A DNA stretch of 64,000 nucleotides, from assembly GCA_024137785.1 (NCBI GenBank), contig JAHRHZ010000042.1:25401556-25465555 (forward strand), in the 5' to 3' direction. Positions 24,559 to 38,182 of the stretch are shown piece after piece (within the stretch, counting starts at the first letter, position 1; every line of letters begins with the position of its first letter). The notes beneath the pieces were generated by a model. It was not told the origin of the DNA. It saw nothing but the letters and a program-made list of their open reading frames with translations, and searched no databases. Origin of the DNA: Ginglymostoma cirratum. Its lineage: Eukaryota. The translations under genes were made by a program, and so were the position numbers.

Positions 24559-26959
24559 CTCCTGACTCATGAAGTTGTTGTGAGTTTGAATGAGGTAATG
24601 ATGCTGAATACTGAGGGATTTTCTCCCTTTGCCACTGCAAAATCCAGGTCTGTGAAGCAAATGAAGAGAAAAAGGATGCTATCTGCTAGAGACAGAAGGT
24701 GAAAAATGTTTCTGGACCCTTTTCTAACATCTCCACACCCTCAAACCATGCTCCATTACTCGATATCTTTCTCAAGCACCCATTGAACTTCTCGATATTA
24801 GCATACATATATGCCCTACTGACGTAGAAATTCCAATATCATATAATTGCCTTAGACTTTTAAAATATTAAAAGATTTGTATTAAATATGAAAGCTAAAA
24901 GTACATTTGTTTATCGTTTCATCTGAAAGAGGTCACATTTGTCAAGCCTATTCTCCAAAACATTGCTTTAATTCCCAAATCTCATGAATTACAACTGACC
25001 TTCATGTATTTCATCACACTGGTAACATTTATAATTTATTTTACTTCATATGGTGTAATATGTGTTGCTTACCTTCTAACTGACCAAACCCATTGCAGAA
25101 ATGCTCCTCATAAATTAAGCCTTGGCTGTTCCTTGCACTTCCTCTAAGATTTCCCCACTAACTTACCCTAATCACAAGGCTGCTCTCAGTCTTGGTTGAA
25201 TGAATCAGAATTGAAGAGCGTGGAAGGTCAGGTCATAAGCAAGCAAAGCAAATATCAAAACCAACAGCCTTGACAGTACATTGTGTGACACAAATACTAT
25301 TGAGCGGAGGAATTTCCAATAGAAACGATAAGCAAAACCAGAAATTTGATGACAAAGCAAAGCAAATACAATATAAAGGCTTGCATAAAATGTGAAAGGA
25401 ACCTGAAAGATTTGAAATGAAGACTGAAGTGAGGAAGAGCTCTGAAAAGCTATTGCTTGCCCATACATAAGTGAATATAAGATATTTAACCATTATATGC
25501 TGTTGGGAGACTTCCAACTGAGGTCGTTAAAGAGACTCCCCTGAAATGAATTACACTCAATGTAGGGATTTCTTTTTTCTCTAAGGAGCCAGCAAATTAT
25601 CCCAAATAATGAAGTACTTTACCTTAAATTTATTCGAGTTCCAGCATTTTAGTTCACATAATGAGTTACTTTGCTGCTCTCATTGTTGCACCAAGAAATA
25701 TTTTTGTTGTTTTAATTTGATGGCAAGATAAAATTAAATGAAATAAGTAAATGAGTGATCAGGAATTAATCTGCAGGCCAAATGTTAATGTACAGAGATG
25801 TTGATCTAATTGCATGCCTGTACAAAACACTGGAAGAAACAAGAAGATTTTAGGTTCATGGCATTTTGTTTAGAACCCTGCAGCATTTGGTAGATTATGG
25901 GATCAAGCACTTTGCAATTTTCTGCTGTTGTCGCTTCAAATTTATCACTATAAATTTACACTGGTATACTTGTCTATTTCAATAATAGTTAAGCAGATCT
26001 CTGAACAATTATCAGAGCAATGATTTTTCAACAAAAACTAAAATTGATACTTCTCATTGTTTGGAATTGTGTATTGTGCTGTTAACAAGCTGTAATTTCA
26101 AGAAAAGATGACTGAAGTGTCAACACCAATAATCGCAAAGCAAAGGAAGTAGATTGTCTGAAAAGATAGGAAACTTTTACAAATGGGAAAGTGTTGTCGG
26201 CCTCTGCAGTAATGTGGCAGGATGTTGATTTTCACCAATAGCCAAACAGGAATTGACTCATTTCAAGCTAGAAGAAAGAAAATCAATTCTATGAGAGTTT
26301 CTGAAGAGTTACGTTCCTTAAGGGTGAGTAGAGAGTTTTCAAGTTCAACAACATAATCAGCAAGTATGATCATAGAAATCTCACACAACTGCCTTAGATG
26401 AGAAGAAGGCTCACTAAGTATTTTACTACATTGCAAATAAGAAAATTCCAGTTTGGCACAGTTGGTACCAGTCTTAACACTAAGGCAAAAGGCTATAGAT
26501 ACATACTTCACTCCTGTCCTTGGGAAGATAAACACAGTTGGCATTTCCATGTGCAACTGTGAGCCTCAGGGACTATCAAGGATTCTGCGCTTCAGAGAGA
26601 TACTGAACAAAGGCCCCATCTGTTAACAAATGGTTGATTATGTTGTTAAAGAGGCATGTGAGATGGACATTCATCAGTTAAGGACTGACAGCTTAGAAGA
26701 GGCCATTGGGGCACCACAGAGTGCAATATCTCCTCTTCCCACACCATTTTAACTCAGCCCTCTTCCCCTCTCGTCTGTTTGTTTGCATTGCTCTTAACTC
26801 AGCTTTGTATGTAAATTAATCAATTGAAAAACATGATTGATTTCCCTGTGGTAGTTAATTGATGAAAAACAACGCTATGCCTGGCTTGGAGATAATGATG
26901 GTGATGGGGGAGAAAAAAATCTGTGCAAGAGCACTTCTGGATGTGAAAAAAAAAACAGA

Positions 26960-27630
26960 AGGGGATCTTGTGGGGCAGTGATAGTGTCACTGCTCCTGAG
27001 CCAGTAGATCCAGGTTCAAGGTCTACCTGCCAAAGAGGTGTGTCATAACATCTTCAAATGAGTTGATTAGAAAATAGCTGAGATCACAGAAAGAAGGCTC
27101 ATGTGATGCAGTTCTAGTGACCCTACTACTGAGACAGGAGACCCAGGTTCAAGTCTTACCTGCTCCAGAGGTGTGTCATAACATCTCTGAATAGGTTGGT
27201 TAGGAAATATCCAAAAGCATGGAAGGAAGGAGGGGTAAGATAGTGCTTTGGTAATGCCATGCGACACAGAAACAAGTTGAACAGATGAATGATCTGGGAC
27301 ATGGGTTCAAGTCTCACCACATAAACTGACAGAATTTAAAATCGGACAATAGCTGAGGGCCTAGAAGTGTCTTGTCCCATGCTGGGAGTGTCTTTACTGC
27401 ACATTTAAAAGGTTCAAGGCCCACATGCCCTGGAAGTGTGTCATAACATTATGAACAGACTAATAAAGAAATGATTGGACTTTGTGGTTCAATGGTAATC
27501 TCCTACCATTGGGCCAGAAGGACTGGGATCAAGGCCCACCTGCCAAAGACATATCATGGCTGAACAAGTTGACTTAAACCATTTTAAGCCTCTTGTGCTG
27601 CATTGGCAGTGTTCCTGATGCTGGACCATG
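26960..27630 (+). repeat. Head-to-tail cluster of diverged tRNA-derived SINE monomers
   Basis: Units start near 26960, 27095, 27355, 27477 and 27587 (partial), sharing GGTTCAAG..acctgc..gtgtgtcataaca..gttga; a different SINE head lies at about 27230-27345. Confidence 0.7.
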
Positions 27631-28379
27631 AGATAACAACAGAGAGGTCAGACTAATTTCAGAGTTCTGAAACACGCATAATGATCAAGTCATCTCTTGC
27701 TATGCTTTACAATGCCAATTTTGTTTCTTTTTGTGCTCATTCATGGGGTGTTGGCATCGTTGGCTGATCCAGCTTTTATTGCCCACCCTTAGCTTGAGAA
27801 GATGGTGCTGAGCTGGCTTTTTGAACTACTGCAGATCATGTGTTATAGGTTAACCTACAAGGTTATTAGCGGGAAAAGTCCAAGATTTCGATGACGTGAG
27901 TTTGGAGAGGATCTTGTAATTCTCCTCTATTTGGGAAGAGCACAAATTAAATCACCCAAGCCCTGATATTTCAATTTCCGTACAAAACAGAAATTGAAAG
28001 CAAGCCTGCCTTATTCATGGAAATGACAGAAACTAACATAAATGTCATTGAGAAAGGCATTTTATGCCTTGACAGCCCATTATACCATCCACAAGAACAT
28101 CTTAGCACATTTACAATTTGAGCAGATTACCATCAATCAGATTTCTGCTTTTGTTAACTCACTCAACACATTATTTTCGTTGGTGCCTCCCCAGTGAAGA
28201 AGCTTTTGGCAATAAGATCATTCTGAGTAGTTAGGTATTTACTTGGAACTTAGCTCGATGGAAAGACTTGGGAGAGTAATGGCAAAACAGAAGCGTTTTA
28301 GTCATCCTGGCAGACCACTGTACTTGACCCAAATTGGCTGTGTCCGTAGATACTGAAACTAGTACAACAAATTATTTGG

Positions 28380-28470
28380 AAAAAAGAAAACAAAAATTGC
28401 CAGAGAAACTCAGCAGGTCTGGGAAGAAATCAGTGTTACTGTTTTGAGTCCAGTGACTTCATCAGAACAA
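28380..28470 (-). mobile_element. Penelope-derived short element (deleted copy)
   Basis: gagaaactcagcaggtctgg..aatcagtgttactgttttgagtccagtgacttcatcagaac; reverse complement contains CTGATGA. Confidence 0.6.
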
Positions 28471-29369
28471 ATTATTTGTTTTTAGTCTGTATCGAGTGAC
28501 ACCAACAAAACAAGCTGGAAATGGGATAGGATCGTTTCTCTGACAATCATGACTCAAGTCCACACTGCTGCAACTGGATTTGATTTAATGCATATAATGT
28601 TTATTGTGCATTTTGCCAGAAAAATATCTCTTTGTTAGGAACGTTTGCTGCGGCTTCAGATTCGTGTTCTGTTTGCTGCACTCTGCAGTCTTCAGACGAC
28701 TTTGCTTTAAGTCATCAATGGTAGTTTTGCATAGTTATTATAATACATTTGAAATGATTACCCCATCAAGCAAATTCTCAAATTGCTGCTATGAGCTCTC
28801 TATATCTGAAAAATAATCCTTTAGCCAACAGATTCTCAAAGTTAACTGGAGTTAAGGCCATTTGTGGTGAAACCTGGGACCCAGAAAGATAAAAGATAGA
28901 GCTGAATGGCAAGTTTAAAATCGATAGGATAAAAAGACATATTAGAAATGGAGAAATTCCAAGCCATCTCTTCAAAGTTGTTTGCAAAGAAATATGCTAA
29001 AAAAAACTTCATGAGTGATATTTAAGAAAAAAAAATTGTTTTATTGCGCTATTTTTAAAAAAAATAATGACCTGCAATTTTAATTCAATGACCTTCAACT
29101 CTGAAAATTTCTGGGCATCATGCTTCCATCTGTCTACTTTAGGTTTTATCAAATAAGGTGTAGACACAAATATTAATTAATTTTAAACAATATTGAAAAG
29201 GTACTAGCAAAAGGACCAATCAACTGTGTTTATTAGGATACCAGTGCAACTTTTAACATGTGCCATGTCTTTGGTTGATGCAATTACATTGTTTAGAATG
29301 CTTTTGCATGAAGGAAATTCCCTTGAAATTCATCAAATTGGATTCATTGACTGAGGCAACACATTGTGA

Positions 29370-29820
29370 TATTGATGCTGGACTAGTCATCCAGAGACTA
29401 GTTGTGTTATGGGGACTGAAGTTTGAATACCTTAATGGCAGATGGTGGAGTGAATTCAGTACAAAATTTGGAATTAAAAGTCTAAAGATGAACGTGAAAC
29501 CATTGTTGATTGTCTTTCTCTTTGTACAACAAGCTTATTCATTAATGTCCTTTAAGGAAGGAAAACAGCGGTCCTTACTTGGTCTGGCTTCCATGTGTCT
29601 CCAGACTTTTAACAATGTAGTTGGCTCTAATTACCTCTGAAATAGCCTATCAGACTGCTAAAACAAAACTCTCAAAAATAGAATGAAACTGGAAGGACCA
29701 GTTGTCATCACTTAGAGCAACTGTGCTGCAGTTTTGCCACCACATTCTCAACGGCAACTGGGGATGGGAATTAAATACTAACCCAGACAGCAATGTCCCC
29801 GTCCCATGGATAAAACCAAA
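29370..29820 (+). mobile_element. Shark SINE with L2-like tail (family of 13900)
   Basis: gctggactagtcatccagagac..ggcagatggtggagtgaattcag..taaggaaggaaa..ggtctggc..ctccagac..gggatggg. Confidence 0.7.
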
Positions 29821-30059
29821 TTCACTAAAACATGTCTATTTTGATCAGGGATATCACATTTTTATACAAGAGACATTTCTTTAAATCTGAAACTAAAATT
29901 CCCAGAAGAGGAGGCTCTGTCCAGAATGTGTTGGAAAATGTCAAGTCTCTCAGACAGAATGTCAGTATTCTTTTCAAAGACTTATGAATGATATCACCAC
30001 TCCATCATAAGAATTGACCTGAGGACCTCATACTCCATCTTACCTCAAATCTCTTGAAG

Positions 30060-32295
30060 CATGACATTTGATACAGTGCCATACAACAGAATTGTGAGGA
30101 AAGTTATAGGAATGAAAGAGCCAGAAGGAATAACATTGGCTGAGTGATAGGAAACAGAGAGTTATGGTCAATTAATATATTTTAGGCTGAAGGAAGGTTT
30201 GTAGTGGAATTCTCCAAGTATTGACAACTCCTGCTTTTCTTGATATTTATTTAAATGACCTAGATTTTTGAGTGCAGTGGGCAATTTTAAAGTTTGCAGA
30301 AGAATCTAAAATTTGGGAGAATCGCAAATTACGAGGTGGATAGTGTAGAACTGTAGAATGGCATAGACAAGTTGTTGGAGTGGGCAAACAGCAGGCAGAC
30401 AGGCTTCAATGGAAACGTGTGAGGTGATGCATTTTGGAAGGAAGAACGTTGAAAGACGATACAAAGTAGAGGATACAGGAAGAGAGAGACTTTGGTGGAC
30501 ATGTGCACAGGTCATTGAAAACAGCAGGACAGGTAGAGAGAACAGTAAGTAAAGTATACAGTGCCCTTGGCTGATGGTGGCATAGAGTTCAGGAGCATGG
30601 AGGTGATGTTGAACTTGTATAATACATTTATTAGACCTCTGCTGGAATATTGTGTACAGTTCTGGGCACTATATCATAGGAGGATGAGAATCCATTTGAA
30701 AGAGTGCATAAATGGTTTACAAAAATGGTTCCAGGGATAAAGAACTTCAACTGTAGAAATGTAGAAAATAGGAGCAGAAATAAGCTCTTCAGCCCTTTGA
30801 ATCTGCTATGCCCTGCTATTCAACATGATCATGGCTGATCATCCAATTCAGTACCCTCTGTTCCTGCTTTCTCCCCATAATGTTTGATCCCTTAAGACAA
30901 AGAACTATGACTAATTCCTTCTTGAAAACATTTAATCTCTTGGATATAACTGTTTTCTGTAACTCTCCGGGTGGAAAATATTCATTTCTGTCTTAAATGG
31001 TCCACCCTGTATCCTTAGAGTGTGATCTCTGTTTCTGGACTCTCCAGTCATCCGGACCAACCTTCCTGCATTTGCCCTGTCTTTACTGTTAGGAATTTGT
31101 AGGTTTCTATGAGATCCCCTCATTCTTCTTAACTCCAATGAACATATTCCTAACCAATCCAGTCTCACTTCATATGTCTGTCCTGCCATCCCAGGAACCA
31201 GTCTGGTAAATTTTGTTGCACTCCCTCTATAATCAGACCACCTTTCATCAGATGAGGAGACAAAAATTGTACACAATACTCTGGGTGTGGTCTCACCAAG
31301 GCCCTGTATAATCGCAGCAAGACATACCTGTTCTTGTACTCTAATCCTTTTGCTGTGATGTCAACTTGCCATTTCTTCATCACCTACTGCAGCAGTATGT
31401 TTAATTTCAGTGGCTGGTGTACAAGGACACCCAGGTCTCGTTTCACTTCCCCTTTCACAATCTATCGCCATTCAGATAATAATCTGCCTTCCTGCTTTTG
31501 CTACCAAAGTGGATAATCTCACATTTACCCACATTATACTTATCTGCTATGCATTTCCCCACAGTCTCTGTCTAAATCACACTGAAGCATCTCTACATTC
31601 TACTCACAGCGCTTCCACTCAGTTTTGTCTCATCTGCAAACTTAGAAATATTACATTTAGTTCCCTTGTCTACATCACCAAAACATATTGTGAATAACTG
31701 TAGTCCAAGCACCGATCCTTGCAGTACCCTAGTAGTTGCTACTTGGAAAGTGACCATTCATTTTTATTTTTTGTTTCCTGTCTGTTAACTCGTTCTCTAT
31801 TCATGTCAGTTCACTACCCAAATCCCATGCCCTTTAGTATTACATGCTAATCTCTTATGTACGTCTTTATCAAAAGCCTGAAGGAAAGTTGGGACTGTTC
31901 CCCTTGGAAAGAAGAAGGCTAAGAGGAGATCCAGTAAGAGGTTTTTAAAATTACGAGTTGTCTTGATAGAAGAGACATGGAGAAGTAGTTGCTGCTCATA
32001 AAAGCAACAAGACAGCATTGATCTAAAGTGTTCAACATAAGAATCAAGGGTGATGCAAGGATTTTTTTTAACTCAGTCAGTAGTTAGAATATAATACATT
32101 TTGTGGAGATATGGTGAACTCAGGTACAGCTGAGGCATTCAAGAGACCATTTGGTGATTATTTGGATAAATATAATGTGCAAGTGTTTGGGAAAAAAAGC
32201 AGGAGATTGCTACAAAGTAATGTCACTTATTTCACGAGCTGGTGCAAGCACAGTGACTTGAATGGCCTCCTCCAAGCTGTGACACTTCTGTGATG
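30060..32295 (+). mobile_element. Older CR1 LINE split by an antisense CR1 (30060-30752 plus 31880-32295)
   Basis: RT motifs ttaaatgacctagat..aagtttgcaga, ctggaatattgtgtacagttctgggcac; resumes aagttgggactgttcccc..aaggctaagaggagat. Confidence 0.8.
30753..31879 (-). mobile_element. CR1 LINE (different subfamily) nested in antisense
   Basis: ORF 31165-31383 KGLEYKNRYVLLRLYRALVRPHPEYCVQFLSPHL; tail tagaaaataggagcag. Confidence 0.9.
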
Positions 32296-32689
32296 ACACT
32301 GCTTCTCTAATGTAATAAAGCAGCTTCAAATGAGCCCAGGTATTTGTGTGCCTGAGGAATGTACTGCATGATTGTTGTAATAAATGTCTGTTGGATTCTT
32401 CAATATCACAATATCCAAGTCCCTTATCTTACGTTCCAGGAGCTAACATAAACACTACCACATCAGGTTGGAGTCAAACATACAAAAAATACTCCAAGGT
32501 GAATCTTTAAAAACAAAACCTTTGGCTTTAATCTCAGTGCAAAGAAAATTTCAATTTAAATTGACTTTGGAATAAGTCAAATCCTATCTGTCCTTGGAAA
32601 CTGATGTACAACTGTGCAACACTAGAACTACATTGATATCATCGGTCATTTTTAGGGGATGTAGTGAGCAATGACAAAGATAACATTTA

Positions 32690-33480
32690 CAACAAATCTT
32701 TAATTGTCCTAGGGGAAGGTACTTGTAAACTGTCTTTTTGAATTGCTGTCTCAATCTGGTGCAGCTAAATCCATAGCGCTGTTAGGGAGTGAGGTCCAGG
32801 ATATTCGATCCAGACTTTGTCCAGGAACAGTGATGTACTTCCATTTCAAGTTGATATCTTAGAAGGGAACTTGGAGGGGTGCTGTTTCCATATGCGTACA
32901 AGATTTATTTTGTTTTCAAAGAAGGTATCATAGATTAGAAGGTGCTGCTTACAGTGGTTGTTGGGTTGTTGCAATTCATCTCATTGATGGTATACACTGG
33001 TGCCTCACTGTGCTGGAGGGGAAGGGAATGAATATTTAACATGATGACTGGGGAGCTAACGTAAAGGGGTTGTTCCTCTGGATGGTGTTGAGATTTTGAA
33101 GTGTTGTTGGAGGTGCACTCATCCAGGCAGCTGGGGTGTAGTACAACACACTCCTGATGTGTGTTGTAGTTGGCAAAAGAACTTTGCGAGTAAGAAGATA
33201 AGATTCTTGCAACATAATTACCAGCCCCTGGTCTGAATTGCAGTCATTTGGTTGGTCCATTTCAGTTTCTGGCTTAATGGTGACTATCAATGATGTAGAT
33301 GGTGCTAATAATGTCAGTGATTGACATGCAAAAGTCGTTGAAGTCTTTCTTATTGGAGTTAGTCATTGCCTAACACTTACATGAAGTGAATGTTACTTGT
33401 CTCATTACAGTTCATGCCTGAATGTTCTCCAGATTGTAACATGCTGTTTTACCTATTGGAGCCAAGCTCATGTTGCTGCA
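32690..33480 (-). mobile_element. Old L2/CR1-group LINE remnant
   Basis: ORF 33036-33290 IRSVLYYTPAAWMSAPPTTLQNLNTIQ resembles the VRSVMEYSPLAWMSAAPTTLKKLDTIQ C-terminus. Confidence 0.7.
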
Positions 33481-33559
33481 TATAATAGAGAAAAAGCTAG
33501 TCATGGATTTCATGGTACTGAAGGTCAAAAAGACATTTATTACAATTGACAAGCGCGGT

Positions 33560-33805
33560 AGATGCATGTAGGAATGTCATCACCAACAAGTTGTCTGAGT
33601 TACATGCCATCCTGATCTGGAACTATATCATTGTTCTTTCACTGTCATTGGTTCAAAATCTTGCAACACCCATCCTGGCGGCATTTTGAGTGTACCTACA
33701 CACATGGGCAGAATTGGCTCAAGAAGGCAGCTCACCACCAATGTCTCGAGGGCCAATGCTAGCCTGTTCAGTAACACCCTTATCCCACAGGTGATTTTTA
33801 AAAAA
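33560..33805 (+). mobile_element. L2-group LINE 3' tail
   Basis: ccatcctgatctggaactatatc..tcactgtcattggttcaaaatc..tcaagaaggcagctcaccacca..cacccttatccca. Confidence 0.65.
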
Positions 33806-34754
33806 AACACCAAGATATCAACAAATGCTTTTTGCTACAGTGCGCTGTTCAAAGATTATCTGAGCAATAATTCCTATGAAGATATGCCTCATAAGTTCAC
33901 TTGTATCAATACAGCTTATTGCAGCAACTGTCAAATACTAGCAGCTATTACTGTTTAGGGAACAAGAATTTAATCTGTGTTGGCATCAGAGAGTTATACT
34001 TGAAGATATTCATCATTACGAAAGCCAGTTCAGAGGCCAGGCTTCCACTATGTTACAAAATATATAAATCAAGTGCTCACTTGCTGACATCTGAAGTGCA
34101 ACTACCTCAGTTAGAAGCCAATGGAGAACTTTGGTCACATTACTGGGAGAGAGAAGAAACAGTTTGTTTTTTGAGTCTTTTCCTCTGACCTGACTTGGTA
34201 CTTGTATCTAAATGTCTCTTCACATCATGATTTTTACCATGGCAACCATTTTCTATTAATCAAAAGCAGCCACTTTTGAACATTTCAAAAAATTGAAAGA
34301 ACAAGTAGCACTCTGTTCAAGAGTGTAAACTGCTGCCAAGTTACATCATCACAGTTCCAAAAACAACCGGAAATCATCAGCAGCAACATTGTTCAATGTG
34401 GAGAAAGAAGGGGATCTTCGAAACATCACTTATCTCATGATCATCTACCTTAAATATAAACTACAATTAAACTCAACTGCATATAAATTGTATTCATTAT
34501 TCATTCAGAACAACATTTACCTCATCTTAAAAACCTTCACTTTTAAAAATTCCGATTTGAAAGCTTGACTAAAAATGTTACAACATCCAGATTTTTTTTT
34601 TGGAACAGTAAGAGCATTATTCAGGGAGATAAAGCAATTTGAATCACTGAAGAGCTTATTTTTGGATGTCCCTCAGGATTTGAACTTTTTTGGCGAGCTG
34701 ACTTCTGTCAGGCAGTATTGGGACAGCATTTGCACTGTTTTATCTTAATCTAAA

Positions 34755-35560
34755 TATTGGTCATTCCTGGGATTCACTGGCAACACTGGAGGTTTGGTAG
34801 ATGTCCTGATAAGATGGCAATTAACCTTCACTAGGAACTCCCTCCAGACTGTCTGTCCAGAAATTTGATACACCAAAAAATAAACGTCTGATCATCTAAT
34901 TTCAATGGTGACTGTGACTCCATGGTGAACATGCATATGATGTACCAAAGCAGCTCTAATTCTTGTAATTCTTGGAGGTGGTCACAGATTTGGAGATGCT
35001 ACTGAAGAAACCTTGTCCATTATCTGCAGTAAATCCGATAAGAAGTACATTCAACTATGATGCGCCATTAGGAGAAGCAATAGATGTTTAAGGTTGGAGG
35101 ATTGGTCAGCAAAGCGTTTTGGACGTAATGAGCTTCAAGTGTTGTCGAATGTGCACACATTCAGTCACCACGAGATCTCACTCAGAATTTCAACTTCTGA
35201 ACTGCTTTAGTAACCATGGGACTTATGTGGCTGATCCAGTTTTGTTTGTGTCCAATGCTGTGCCCCCTCCCACAACACCACAATGTTGTTGGTGAAAAAC
35301 CTGACAATACAAATGCCACTGAATGTAAAAAGGAGGCCCTTCGTTGTTGGAAATTTGTAGTGTCTTGCATTTGTGTGATGCAATTATCGTTACAGTTATT
35401 ATTATTATTACAGCCTAAGCCTGAATGTTGTTAGAGTCGTAGAATCATAGCGAAGTACAGCATTGAAACAGACCCTTTGTTCCAACTCGTCCATGCCAAC
35501 CAGATACCCTAAATATTCAAGTCTTGCTTCTTGCAGGCATGGCGGCTTGTAAGATGTATA
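34755..35560 (-). mobile_element. Old L2-group LINE remnant containing a CR1 tail (35432-35512)
   Basis: Collinear similarity to 32690-33480; inserted agagtcgtagaatcatag..ccaactcgtccatgccaaccagat. Confidence 0.55.
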
Positions 35561-38182
35561 AGATCGCAAATGGAGCTGAATACAGCAATGAAATAAATTT
35601 ATAATTCAGAAATTTTATCCATGAATTTGTTTCGTGAAGTTCTTTTAATTGAAGTCAATATGGATATATATTGACCAACCATCCAATTTAAACAAATACA
35701 AATAAGCCTGAAAACTAACCAGGTAACTAAAAGGCTCCTCTAACCCAGATGGCTCAGGAAAAAAAAAGTATTTACCAATTGCAATGAAAACACTGCAATT
35801 ATTATTTGCTTAATCATTGTCCTCCATTGTGTTTAAAATTTATACTTTTGAGTGACATGATGAACAATGGGTCCTGTCCTTTCACAGACACAGGATGTTA
35901 CAAAAATAAATTGAAAAAGAACACCTTTTAATTTAAACTAGACATTGCATCTTAATTTCATGTCATCCGATGACTCACCAACTGCCCATTTTTCAGTGTC
36001 ATTAAAGATAGAAGATTACTTAACTTGGTAGAGAGAAAGCATCACTTCTCGCTTCATGAAACCTGTGCCATTGTTACAATTGGACATGTCTGTCTCATAA
36101 ACTATAAATTGAACCAAGTATGTATTCCAAACCTTTAAACAACTCAGTGTGTGCATTAGCAATGAGTAAATGCTGGTTTTTCCAGCAAAACCAACATTCT
36201 ATGAAAGAACGAACAATAATATTATTTCAGAGCCATATTAAACAAAACAAAGCTGTTAATTCAGGAATATTGTAATATTTAAGAAGTTACTAAAACAGTT
36301 CCAGTGAACTCCTTGAAGAGAAACAAAATATGAAAACCAGTAATGATGGAATCATTTAGCAGGAGGTCAGTTTGAGTGTATTTATTGAGAAAATTCCAGC
36401 TTACAGCTTTACACATTTATTTAGATCAATAAATGTTTTCTAACAGATAGGAATCAATTGTATCTAGTTGAGCTTCAGATTCATAAAATACAAGTATTGA
36501 TTTTTGAAGTTATGGTTCCTTTCATCTCTATTAGGCGATCAAGGTTGGAAAAGGCCGGTTGAAAAAGAAAACCAACAAAATCTGCAACAATAAAATCATT
36601 TTTTAAATTTATCAATTCATATTTTTAAATTGAAATCAATTTGGAAATATTTTCATTCTGTCAACTGCTACAGAGCGATCAATAACCACGGTCATATTTT
36701 AACTGCTATTGGATTAAGGCTTCAAAACGACCTCCACCACTTGCACTGTTACTTTTATTTGTGATCGTCACATCAGACAAATATTGAACAGAAATCAACA
36801 TGGATTCTGGTTCAATATTTGCGCTCACCATGCTTTGCAATAATACTCAGTAGAACACAGTTTCAGATCCCTGCTCACATGGCACATTTCTTGCCTTGAC
36901 ATAATTTAAGTCATGAAACCACTTGCAGCATATTCCTTCTACCATCAGCTCAATTTTCAATAATTTTAGGATCTCACTTCTATGGGTTCAAGTAAAGTAG
37001 ATTAGCTGATCAATGTTCTGGGACTGAATATCAGTAATTTAAAACAAAACCACTTTTCTGTTCATCACTAAAGGATCCAACTGGCTACAATGATGAGCTT
37101 TTCAATTTCCTTTCCCTGTAGTATTGATTTCTGTACAAGTGGTGAATCCATTGTAGACCCAAAAGCAGTCAGTTCAACATGCATCTACCTGCAGTCAGAT
37201 GTCACTGAGTTGCATTTTATTGTTGAAACCTGAAGGAAGGTCAATGCTCATAATCAAGGCTGTGGGTAAACAGGAGGAGAATATACTGGATAGGTTAAGA
37301 AAACCAGACTAAATGATTGCATTTTTAAAGGGTCTTTGTAAAAAAAAAATTGCAAGGAAAATAGGCAACAACACATCTGAGCTTCTGTGGAATCGTAATA
37401 ATTCGATATTTCAATACAATGAGAATGCAGAAGAACAGATGGATTACACCATTAAGGTTTTTTGAAGCGGTTACAAACACTTCTCAGTGTGATATCAGTT
37501 CCATTCCAAAGGCTTGGCCACTTGATTGATGAAGAAGTGGGAGTAGGAAGAGTATCTCCTTTAGTCAGTGATCCCATTTTTGCGGATGAGATGTGAGAGT
37601 GACGCTTCATCAGTCTTTACAGTCAGACATAAAATGATCCCATGGTACATTTTGAAAATGAGCAAAGGAGTGCTCCCAGTATTCTGGTTGACAATATTTC
37701 CCGAACAAGAAAAGATACTTTGCAGAATATTGTCTGCAATGTTTATTTTTCCGTTACAAAGTGACCACACTTCCACATAATTTATTGGTGGTGAAGTGCT
37801 TCGGGTTATTTCAGTGATATGATAAATGGAAAGAAAACGTAAATAACTTACAATTATATTTGACATTGTACAATTGCAAGTTATATAAATATAAGTTCTT
37901 TGTTCCTCTCATTTTTATTAAAGCCATATTTATCTGCAAAAGATTCTTCTACAAAATGGTTGAAACAAAGTAACTTGGAGCTTGTTTTGCTTATTCTTGA
38001 AAACTAAACGCCAAAGCTGTCCATTTGTGTCTGTGAAGCCCTGTTCAGGTGAACACAGAGCATAGAATATTAGTCTCAATGATTATTATGGAGTAGTATG
38101 CTATCCAGTACGTAGCTGCTGGTTCACAACTTTCCATGGATTTACAAGGGAATATTACATGCATTGTCCACTTCCTATGCAG

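Noticed and set aside
26960-27630. CRISPR array or tRNA gene cluster
   Set aside because: Eukaryotic context, long divergent units, no cas genes and no intact cloverleaf; these are SINE monomers
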